Origin: Candidatus Micrarchaeota archaeon
Lineage (GTDB): Archaea > Micrarchaeota > Micrarchaeia > Micrarchaeales > CABMGC01
DNA length: 64,000 nt
Reading direction: 5' to 3'
NCBI GenBank assembly: GCA_028867025.1
Contig: JAGWHC010000001.1
Span: 11,663-75,662 of the forward strand
Both the position numbers and the translations under genes were made by a program. Under the pieces are notes generated by a model. The model was not told the DNA's origin. It made no database searches and worked only from the letters and a program-made list of their open reading frames with translations. Each line of letters opens with the position of its first letter. Positions within the stretch are counted from its first letter, which is position 1. Positions 45,206-53,041 of the stretch are shown here, in pieces.

Positions 45206-46624
45206 TTGAAGGGCATAGTATCTTGCATAAGGCGCCACTCCGACCCCGAATCTACGGACTACTTCATAGTCACGCACGACGGCACGCTGAGGACTCGCGC
45301 GCTGCGCAGCAAGCTTGTCCTGGGACTTGGCGAGCTCGCCGAGATGTCGATACTCGAGGGCTTGGTTGACAGGTTCGACCCTGTCGACGGGCCTGTGGAG
45401 CGGGAGAGGCTGGAAAAGGAGATAGCGCGCACAGCGGGCGGCATGCTAAAGGGCGCGCTCTACAAGAAGGGGATCGGAGCGCTCGACGCGGTAACTGAGC
45501 GCATGCACGCGAAGCTAGAGGATGCGATGCGCGTTCTCGCGCGCAAGCTCACCATAGGTGCGCCTATAGTCATAAGGTTCCACAACGACATAGACGGGTC
45601 GAGCGGCGCATACGCGCTGTACAAGGCGATAGCTTTCGCCGTGGAAACGAGCGAGCACATGGAATACAAGCCGAACATAATGTGGCGCATGCACGGCTCG
45701 GTCTCGTACTCCAGGGAGGACGCCACAGCCGACGTGCTGAACTGCAACAGCTTCGAATGCATGGAGAAGCCGCTGCTCGTCATCCTCGACTTCGGGACCT
45801 CGGAGGAGAGCAACCGCGGGATAGAGATAGTGAGGGACAGGTTCGACATCGTCTGGTTGGACCACCACCCGATAGTCGAGGGCTTCGAGGGCAAGAGGCT
45901 TGAGCACTACATCAACCCTTGGAGCTTCGGCGGAGATTCCAACTACACCGCCGGGTTCCTGTCATGCGCGTTCGCAAAGACGCTCGCAAACGTGGATGTT
46001 GACGAGATGGCCGAGTCGTCGCTGCTTGGCGACTACAGCGAATACTCTAAGCCGGGAGCTGCGAGCAGGAGGCTCGCTGCACTGCTCGACCTGCTGACAA
46101 GCGACACGCGCGTGATAGCGGGAGTGAAGGGCAACCTCACCCCCGAGGATGTGGACTCGGTGATAAGGGACAGGAAGAAGAGCGACGAGCTCATAGCGTA
46201 CGCGGAGAACAGGGTCAGCGAGATGCTAGATCTCGCGCTCACTTCTGTGAAGGTGTACAAGGCGAAGAGGGCGCAGGTGTACGTGCTTGACTTCGAGGGC
46301 GTGAGGATAAACGAGCAGGAGAGGTATCCGCTTCCGGGAAGGTTCGCGTCCAAGCTGCTAGGCAAGATAGAGGAGCTGAACAGCGCTCCGGCGATACTGC
46401 TGCTGCATTTCGGCAGCTTCGTTTCCGCGCGCATGAGCAAGCGGCTCATCGGGAAGGTGGAGCTGCTGAAGCGCCTGGAGCAGGTGCACTCCGAATTCCC
46501 AAACTACGTCGAGTCCACGGGCGGGCACAGCAACGCCGCAAGCATAAAGCTCAGGGACGACAGCATGAAGAAGCAGATAATCAAGATCACCGTTGACAAG
46601 CTCAAGGAGGAACTAGACTCGTAG
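45206..46624 (+). CDS. DHH/DHHA1-family phosphoesterase (RecJ/NrnA-like)
   Basis: RFHNDIDGSSGAY (motif I), VILDFG, WLDHHP (DHH) and GGHSNAASIKL (DHHA1). The start is TTG 45206 or ATG 45344. The ORF-track start at 44984 overlaps the previous gene. Confidence 0.75.
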   Translation: MKGIVSCIRRHSDPESTDYFIVTHDGTLRTRALRSKLVLGLGELAEMSILEGLVDRFDPVDGPVERERLEKEIARTAGGMLKGALYKKGIGALDAVTERMHAKLEDAMRVLARKLTIGAPIVIRFHNDIDGSSGAYALYKAIAFAVETSEHMEYKPNIMWRMHGSVSYSREDATADVLNCNSFECMEKPLLVILDFGTSEESNRGIEIVRDRFDIVWLDHHPIVEGFEGKRLEHYINPWSFGGDSNYTAGFLSCAFAKTLANVDVDEMAESSLLGDYSEYSKPGAASRRLAALLDLLTSDTRVIAGVKGNLTPEDVDSVIRDRKKSDELIAYAENRVSEMLDLALTSVKVYKAKRAQVYVLDFEGVRINEQERYPLPGRFASKLLGKIEELNSAPAILLLHFGSFVSARMSKRLIGKVELLKRLEQVHSEFPNYVESTGGHSNAASIKLRDDSMKKQIIKITVDKLKEELDS

Positions 46625-46627
46625 CCG

Positions 46628-47200
46628 CTAGCCCGCAGTCACTGTGACGTAGCCCAGGGTGCGCTCAAGCAGCCTGCCTCCAGGAGTCGAAGAGTAGACC
46701 ATGACTATGTTCGTGCTGTACTCGCCGCTGCTCTTCGGCTGGTACCCGCTTGCGCCTCCGCTCAGCGTTATGATGCGCGTCGCGCCAGAGAAAAGCGTAG
46801 ATATGCTTGCCGACCTGGGGAACTGCGACGCGTTCGCGAAGGTGAAGTTCGCTGAGAACGGCACCGCGTAGAATGTCACATTGTAGAGCGAAGCGCCCGT
46901 GTCCTGGAGGAAAGTGAAGTTTATCTCTCCGTTGTAAAGGCTCGGGCTGCCGCAGAGGTACAAGGTCTCGAAACCGCAGACGTTCACCACTGCGAGCGTG
47001 TTGCTTGGAAGCGACGAATACAGCGTTGAGACCAGCGGCACCACGACCACGGCCGTGAGGTACACCGCTGTGGCGAGTATGGCTATGACCCTTATCGCGG
47101 GCCAGAAGAGGCTTCCCTTCATTTTGGGCTCTTCGCTCGGCGGCTTGTCGCCGAAATACTCCATTACCTCTTCGCCGCCCTGTTTATCTTTTCCGCCCAT
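46628..47200 (-). CDS. Membrane-anchored protein with a pilin-like globular domain signature but no class III motif
   Basis: TM segment AIRVIAILATAVYLTAVVVVPLV. The following VCGFETLYLCGSPSLYNGEINFTFLQDTGASLYNV parallels the pilins' CIAYSGYECQSPILHGGQFSATIGQSTGSGWTAV. Confidence 0.6.
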   Translation of the reverse strand: MGGKDKQGGEEVMEYFGDKPPSEEPKMKGSLFWPAIRVIAILATAVYLTAVVVVPLVSTLYSSLPSNTLAVVNVCGFETLYLCGSPSLYNGEINFTFLQDTGASLYNVTFYAVPFSANFTFANASQFPRSASISTLFSGATRIITLSGGASGYQPKSSGEYSTNIVMVYSSTPGGRLLERTLGYVTVTAG

Positions 47201-47239
47201 CGATTAACTCTTCTGATGAACTGATTAAAAAGCAGCGCA

Positions 47240-47947
47240 CTAGACTCCGTGGAACCAGAATCCCTTTTCGTCCTTCTTCTCCTTCTTTTTCTTCAGCACC
47301 TTGCCGAGGAGGGACTTGTCCTCCTTCTTCTCCTCTATCTTTATGCCGAGCTCGGCAGCCAGCTCCGGATAATCCTGCACGTACTCGTTCTGGAAAGCGT
47401 GGAACTTGTCGAGCTTCGCCTTGTCGTACTCGCTCTTGTGCGTCTCGTACTCGGCCTTCATTCCCTTCCTCCACTCCTCCAGCGTGTACCCGTATGGCGG
47501 GTGCTCCCTTATGCTGGGCGGGTTGTACTGGTACTTGTATATCTCGTTGTAGTAGTCGACGTCGCGCTGCTGCGCAGTCTGCAGGTCGACGTGAACGCCC
47601 TCCTTGGCGAGAAATTCGGTGAGCTGCTGCATGCTTATCTTCTCCTTCCTGTTGTCTGCGGTGTCCGGGTTGTAGGTTATCCTTATCTTCCTGGCCACGA
47701 ACTCGACCTTCGCGAAGAGTACCGAGTCCTTGAGCATGAGCCTGTACTGCAAACGGGCTGCGTGCTCCGTGTCTATCAGCTCCTCTTTCTTTATTCCGGT
47801 GAACAGCACCTCCCTGACCATGTGGTAGGGCACGCGGAACTTCGCCCCGTTCTCATCCACGTATTCCTGATACTCCTTCGAGTCAGCCTTCTCCTTGGCT
47901 AGTTCCTCTTGGTAAGTGTGGACCTCTGCGTCTCCTCGCTTGTCCAT
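47240..47947 (-). CDS. Hypothetical charged protein downstream of the radical SAM gene
   Basis: A 235-aa ORF 30 nt downstream of 47978..49903 on the same strand. It has an HMA/ferredoxin-like stretch (AKVEFVARKIRITYNP...LTEFLAKEGVHV) without CxxC and a Lys-rich tail. Confidence 0.65.
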   Translation of the reverse strand: MDKRGDAEVHTYQEELAKEKADSKEYQEYVDENGAKFRVPYHMVREVLFTGIKKEELIDTEHAARLQYRLMLKDSVLFAKVEFVARKIRITYNPDTADNRKEKISMQQLTEFLAKEGVHVDLQTAQQRDVDYYNEIYKYQYNPPSIREHPPYGYTLEEWRKGMKAEYETHKSEYDKAKLDKFHAFQNEYVQDYPELAAELGIKIEEKKEDKSLLGKVLKKKKEKKDEKGFWFHGV

Positions 47948-47977
47948 TCAAATCACTTGTTTGCTGTTGAGCGGTTT

Positions 47978-49903
47978 CTAGTGGTGTCCGCCGCAGCCGC
48001 AGTCAGCGTTTCCGCAGTCGCACGCGGCACCGTCTTCGTGGGCGACGTTCTCTATCGGTGCTGCCGGCACTTCGATCTCCTTGGTGCCCCTGCTTGTCTC
48101 CACGACAGCCAGCCTCTGCGCCCTGGCGACCTGTATCTTCGCAGCCTCAGCTGCGTTTACTGGAAGCGTGAAAAAGTCAGTTGCTTTGTTGTAAAGCTTC
48201 TGGTATTCGGGAGTCGCCTCCAGCGCCTTTATGTCGCGCTTGTACTTGTCAGCGGCGTAGTTCCAGCTCGGGTGCGTCGCCTCCCAGTCCTTGCTTGGTA
48301 TGGCGTACTGCCTCTGGACCTTGTCCCTGTATACCTCTGGGAAGACGTTGAACGTGCAGAACGGAAGCACACGCCCATCTGGCATCGAGTAGTGTATGTC
48401 GCACTTCTCAACCCTCTTTATGTCATAGGTGTACTCGTCCTGGAAGTGCATCATGCCCAAAAAGAGGCTCTTCATCTGGAACATGCCGACGCTCGCGAAG
48501 TCGTGCTTCATCAGCACGCTCATGAACAGCTTCGCGAAGTTTATCGACTTGGGCTGCTTCTCCTTGTCTATGAACTTGTTCATCTGAAGCAGGCTGCGCA
48601 TCGCTATTATCCTGCGCTCGAGCTTGCTCTTGCCGTGCATCTCGTTGACAGCTTCCTGCAGGTGCTCCAGCAGTCCGGCTGCGTCGACGAACCTGGTGAG
48701 CGGTATTATCTTGTTGTCCTTGTCCAGGAAGATGTAGCTTCCAGCGCCGCAGGCGAAGTGTATCGAGAGGTCGTACTTGTACTCGCCGCTTAGCGCCTCT
48801 ATGAACCTGTTTATCCCGCCGACGTACGGCACCGAGAACCAGTCGTCCTTCGTTATGACTCCGCCGGTCTGCTGCTCTATCTGCTTTATCGCTCCGGGTA
48901 TCGTGATGCGCTGCTTCTCCCTCATCCTGGCAGGCATCCTGCCCACCAGCGACACAGGCTGGAAGTTGACCGCGCGGATTATGTCTATGTTGTTGAGCGC
49001 GAAGTTGATTATGCTGCCAAGCTCGTGGTCGTTTATTGTCCTTATGACAGTTGGAACGAGCACTATGCTCAGGTTCGCCTTCCTCGCAGCTGCGAGCGTT
49101 GCAGGGACCTCCCAGTGGTTCTTGGGGTTGGCCCTCTTGCTGACTCCGTCGAAGCTCATGTAGAGCGTGCTGACGCCAGCGTGCCTCAGCTTTACCATCT
49201 GCTCCGGATGAAGGCCCAGGTTTATGCCTGTAGTGTTTAGCTGTATCTGGTCGAAGCCGGCCTCCTTCGCCATGTTGATTATCTGCGGCAGGTCCTCGCG
49301 CATCGTGGGCTCTCCGCCCGTTATCTGAAGCGCGTTCGCAGGTATCGGCTTCTGGTTCCTCAGCTTCACGAACATCTTGTTCAGCTCCTGCGTCGAGGGC
49401 TCGTATACGGGCTCGCCCTCCTTCGCATAGAAGAAGCAGTACCAGCACGAGAGGTGGCACCTGTTGGTTATGACAACGTTCACTAGTCCGCTGTGCGACT
49501 TGTGCCTCAGGCACATCGCGCAGTCGAACGGGCAGTTCTCTCCCTTGTTTATGACGTCAGGGTTGTCGAAGCCCCTGCCGTAGTAATTGTAATTCCTCAT
49601 TCGCATGTACATGTCGTAGTCTTCCCAGTACTTCTCTATCGTCCAGCCGTCGTCGGGGCAGTACTTGCGGATCATTACGTTGTCCCCGTCCTTGTAGATT
49701 ATGCCGTCGATTATCAGCTTGCATTCCGGGCATACTGTCTTCGTCTTGTCGATGACAGGCATCGACTCGATCTCCTCCATTGTCCTGTGATAAGGAGCGT
49801 GCAGCTCGTCTACCGGAGCTCCGGTAGCTGCGCTTACCATCGTGTTGGTCTTCTCGTCTATATGAAGCATATCAGAAGGTCTAGATGCGCTACTAATTCC
49901 CAT
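47978..49903 (-). CDS. Radical SAM enzyme, tetraether lipid synthase (Tes / GDGT-MAS, MJ0619-type)-like
   Basis: CPECKL...KYCPDDG rubredoxin-like N-terminal region and CPFDCAMCLRHKS. The radical SAM cluster is ITNRCHLSCWYCF. Also present are ITGGEPT, VLVPTVIRTINDHE, VNFQPVSLVGR and MMHFQDEYTYDIKRVEKCDIHYSMPDGRVLPFCTFN, collinear with my recollection of the MJ0619 family. There is a C-terminal CDCGNADCGCGGHH tail. Confidence 0.8.
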   Translation of the reverse strand: MGISSASRPSDMLHIDEKTNTMVSAATGAPVDELHAPYHRTMEEIESMPVIDKTKTVCPECKLIIDGIIYKDGDNVMIRKYCPDDGWTIEKYWEDYDMYMRMRNYNYYGRGFDNPDVINKGENCPFDCAMCLRHKSHSGLVNVVITNRCHLSCWYCFFYAKEGEPVYEPSTQELNKMFVKLRNQKPIPANALQITGGEPTMREDLPQIINMAKEAGFDQIQLNTTGINLGLHPEQMVKLRHAGVSTLYMSFDGVSKRANPKNHWEVPATLAAARKANLSIVLVPTVIRTINDHELGSIINFALNNIDIIRAVNFQPVSLVGRMPARMREKQRITIPGAIKQIEQQTGGVITKDDWFSVPYVGGINRFIEALSGEYKYDLSIHFACGAGSYIFLDKDNKIIPLTRFVDAAGLLEHLQEAVNEMHGKSKLERRIIAMRSLLQMNKFIDKEKQPKSINFAKLFMSVLMKHDFASVGMFQMKSLFLGMMHFQDEYTYDIKRVEKCDIHYSMPDGRVLPFCTFNVFPEVYRDKVQRQYAIPSKDWEATHPSWNYAADKYKRDIKALEATPEYQKLYNKATDFFTLPVNAAEAAKIQVARAQRLAVVETSRGTKEIEVPAAPIENVAHEDGAACDCGNADCGCGGHH

Positions 49904-50003
49904 TCAAAAGCACCCTATTACTCTGTTATGAACACAAGGTATTTTAAGCTTATTTCGAACGTGCGGCCCCTTGCTCACGTCTTGCATCGAAGTCCTCATT
50001 CGT

Positions 50004-50615
50004 TCACCGTTTTTGCGTTTTTGTCAGCGCTTGTGTTCCAAGAGACGCGGCGCCTATGCCCATGAGCTTTGCACTTTTTAGGAACATCTCCTCGTCCACG
50101 AAGAACATGAAATGGTTGTCCAGTTCGAGCCAGCCTGCCAGATCGCCATGCTTTCTCTCATTATTCTTCAGTGCCTCTCTGACACCTACGTAATCCCTTG
50201 TTCTTATACCGCCATGAGCAATTCTCTTTATGACTTCTCTTACACCCTTTTCAATCTTCGAGTTGCAGAAATAGAAGACATCGCCTTCTTCAAGTTTCAG
50301 CACTCCCGTAGCTATCTCGTGCTGTTTGTTCATCTCGAAAATTTTACCCAGAGAGGTGGGTATTGCTCCCCATTCGTACTCGGCTGCACCCATGTAGGCG
50401 AAGGAGAAAACCTTGTTTAGCGCTTCATTTGCTTCGTCGCTCAGGCCACCGTTCTTGTATCCGGCCCCGAACGAGAAGGGATTGCCGAGGGGAAGTCTCT
50501 CATCGGGCATCAGCAGGCGCTGTATCAACCATGGCTTCCGCATGACGCTCTCCCTTACGGCGTCGGCGAGTCCCGTCTCTGTGACGTTTATCTCTGCCTT
50601 CTTTCCTCTTTCCAT
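50004..50615 (-). CDS. Hypothetical protein (occupies the position usually held by fibrillarin downstream of nop5)
   Basis: A 203-aa ORF 19 nt downstream of nop5 on the same strand. It has no SAM-methyltransferase motifs and I recognise no family. Confidence 0.65.
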   Translation of the reverse strand: MERGKKAEINVTETGLADAVRESVMRKPWLIQRLLMPDERLPLGNPFSFGAGYKNGGLSDEANEALNKVFSFAYMGAAEYEWGAIPTSLGKIFEMNKQHEIATGVLKLEEGDVFYFCNSKIEKGVREVIKRIAHGGIRTRDYVGVREALKNNERKHGDLAGWLELDNHFMFFVDEEMFLKSAKLMGIGAASLGTQALTKTQKR

Positions 50616-50634
50616 AAGATTACATCAATTCAAA

Positions 50635-51531
50635 TTAGCCACGATTTCCTCTGAATCGTCTGCTGAACTGGCGCTGCCTGCCTCCATATCCGCGCCCTGC
50701 AGCGTGCTGTTCCCTCGCAGGCGGCATGCTCTTCTCCTTCTCCCTTATCCTCTTCAGGTTCTCGTCTATCGACTCGCGCAGCTGCTTGCCTATGAACCTC
50801 CTCGATATCGCGTCAGCGCGCGCTGCTATGCTGAGCTTAGTTGCGAACAGCCTGGCTATGCGGCCGCGGCTGCGCCTGTCAGCCTCCGTGACCTCCTTGA
50901 GCTTGAACAGAACGCCGTACTTCGGCGGCTTGCTGCCTGAGCGCAGGTGCCTGAAGAGCGCCTTCTCAGCTCCCAGCAGCTGGAGCGTTCCCGAAGGCAT
51001 GACAGCCAGCTTGTTAAGCGAGCCAGCCTTGCTCAGAAGCTCGGCCGCAAGCTTGTAATCGACAAGGTATGAGACGTTGGGCATCAGTTTTGGCACGTTG
51101 TCCTTGAGATAGGCGTCGATCTCCTTCTCGGTGCGCAGCAGCTCCAGCTCGGCATTTGCTATTGCGCTGAGCGCCTTGAACTCGCTCTCCTCCGGCTCCG
51201 CGCCTATGCTCTGCCTTATCCAGGTGAGCATCTCCTTGCTGCCCTCCCCGAATATCTCCCTCAGCTTTTCCTCGCTCGCCTGCTTCTTGTTCGAGCCTGC
51301 GCTCAGCACGAACCTTGTGTACTTCTCCGCGCTTCCGAGCGTGAGCTCTGGGAAGTAGATTCCGTACCACTCCTCCACGCGCTCGTGCAGCAGGTTCCTC
51401 GTCTTCTCTATCTCGTTATAGGCGTTTATCGCCTGCGCTATCGAGTGCTCGCCTGTGGAGTAGGCCTTGCTGACGGCCTGCTTCGCTAATCCTATTAGCC
51501 TTTGCCTCTTCTCCTCCGCAGTCTCTGCCAA
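50635..51531 (-). CDS. nop5: Nop5 (Nop56/58) C/D-box sRNP core protein homologue lacking the N-terminal domain
   Basis: RVEEWYGIYFPEL and LLGAEKALFRHLRSGSKPPKYGVLF are the Nop domain signature. It starts at TTG, is only 298 aa long, and has a C-terminal RG-rich tail, GRGYGGRQRQFSRRFRGNRG. Confidence 0.8.
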   Translation of the reverse strand: MAETAEEKRQRLIGLAKQAVSKAYSTGEHSIAQAINAYNEIEKTRNLLHERVEEWYGIYFPELTLGSAEKYTRFVLSAGSNKKQASEEKLREIFGEGSKEMLTWIRQSIGAEPEESEFKALSAIANAELELLRTEKEIDAYLKDNVPKLMPNVSYLVDYKLAAELLSKAGSLNKLAVMPSGTLQLLGAEKALFRHLRSGSKPPKYGVLFKLKEVTEADRRSRGRIARLFATKLSIAARADAISRRFIGKQLRESIDENLKRIREKEKSMPPAREQHAAGRGYGGRQRQFSRRFRGNRG

Positions 51532-51586
51532 AAAAGCCCCGAATAAATAGATAGCTTAGGCTATTAATATATTGGCATCTGCGAGC

Positions 51587-52918
51587 TCAGGAGCCCTGGA
51601 TTATGTCGTTCGTGCCTGTCACGCTCTGCTGCGCGACGGTGGTGTTGTCAAGTATGACGAGGTTGTTGTTGCCGCTCGCGGTCAGGTTGCTTATCCTGCT
51701 GTTCACGAACTTGACCCTGTTGTACGTTCCTGTTATGTCAAGAACGACGTTGCTGTCGAACATCGTGACGTTGTTGTAGTTGCCCGCTATCTTGAGCGTT
51801 GCGGTGCTGTTGAATATCGCGAGATTGTTCTGCGAGCCTGTTGAGGAGATGTTGATGAACACATTTGACAGAGTGAACAGGCCTGCGGTGTTGTTCTTTC
51901 CGCTAACAGAGACTGTCTGCGTTGTCTGAGACAGGGCCAGGCAGCCGCCGTTGGTGTTGCCGGAAAGCTTGTAGCTGCCGCCCGTGTAGTTCGTGGCGTT
52001 GAGCGAGTAGACGCCAACAGCCGTCTGGTTCGCGTAGGTCACGTTGACAACGGCTGCGCAGCCGTTCGACAGCGTAGACACGGAAACGTTAATAGACGAG
52101 GCTCCGGGACCCGAGTAAGTGATCTTGGGCTGGCTTCCGGGCTGCGGAGTCACGTTGATGGTGGCCACGTAGAGCGTGTAGCCGAAGACATCAAAAGTGG
52201 CGTTTATGGTGTAGGGGCCGTTGGATCTTATGTTAGGCGCGTATAGCGTAAGGCCTATCTGGGGCTTCTTGAAGCTGCCGGTGGACGAGATGAAAGTTCC
52301 GACGTAGTTCTGCGGCACTGCGCTATTGCAGTCGCCGCCGTTGAATCCGCAGTAGCCCACGTGCGCAGTTATGTTTCCGTTCGACTGCGAGCCTGGCTGC
52401 TGGAACGCGCTAAGCTTTGCGTAGCATACGAACGACTGCCCCGGCTTTATCTTGCCTCCGGTGCACTTGGCGTTGGTAGGCTGACCGTTGACAAGCACTG
52501 TAAGGCCGAGGTTCGTTATGGGATACTCCTGGGAGTTGCTTCCCGCCATGGCAAACATTGTTGACGTGGAATTGGAGGTTACGATGACATCGCCGCACGC
52601 GACCCCAAGGTCGAAGTTGCACATTGGCGCTGCGACGCTTCCCACGCTGGACCCTATGCCCAATAACGTGTATGCGGCACCAATCATTACACTGAGACCG
52701 GCCACGAATGTCAACAGGAACTCTATTGACACCTGGGCCCTCAGTCCACCTGGCGTTTCCCCCACCCCACCGCTCTGTAATGCCCGATGAGTATTATGCG
52801 TTCCGAAGTATTTAAGCTTTGGTATTAGCTTGGACGCATATTGGTGGCTTTTGGTCTGCCTTTTGTCGTCGCCCTTAGGGCTGGCGCTATCTCTAGCGCT
52901 ATTGAAAGTGTGAAGCAT
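51587..52918 (-). CDS. Large class III signal-peptide (pilin-like) surface protein, paralogue 1
   Basis: LRAQVSIEFLLTFVAGLSVMIGAAYTLLGI carries the Q-x-S-x-E class III motif plus a hydrophobic helix. It is followed by a Cys-hairpin domain and an N-x-S/T-dense C-terminal repeat region. The alternative start GTG 52765 gives a short leader. Confidence 0.75.
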   Translation of the reverse strand: MLHTFNSARDSASPKGDDKRQTKSHQYASKLIPKLKYFGTHNTHRALQSGGVGETPGGLRAQVSIEFLLTFVAGLSVMIGAAYTLLGIGSSVGSVAAPMCNFDLGVACGDVIVTSNSTSTMFAMAGSNSQEYPITNLGLTVLVNGQPTNAKCTGGKIKPGQSFVCYAKLSAFQQPGSQSNGNITAHVGYCGFNGGDCNSAVPQNYVGTFISSTGSFKKPQIGLTLYAPNIRSNGPYTINATFDVFGYTLYVATINVTPQPGSQPKITYSGPGASSINVSVSTLSNGCAAVVNVTYANQTAVGVYSLNATNYTGGSYKLSGNTNGGCLALSQTTQTVSVSGKNNTAGLFTLSNVFINISSTGSQNNLAIFNSTATLKIAGNYNNVTMFDSNVVLDITGTYNRVKFVNSRISNLTASGNNNLVILDNTTVAQQSVTGTNDIIQGS

Positions 52919-53041
52919 GAAAACATCGGTCTATTCATCGTGTGCTTTGCACTTCAGAAACTTTTAAAAAGCAGCATCCGGGGTCCATTACTGGAGGTTA
53001 AACGACAGGAAGCGAAGTCGCTTGCATGAGGTTTTTGCTGG

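Noticed and set aside
48423-49514. A 363-aa ORF on the minus strand in an alternative frame of the radical SAM gene.
   Set aside because: It overlaps entirely with the motif-rich radical SAM frame. Its translation is an R/A/G/E/Q-rich string without any motif, so it is a frame shadow.
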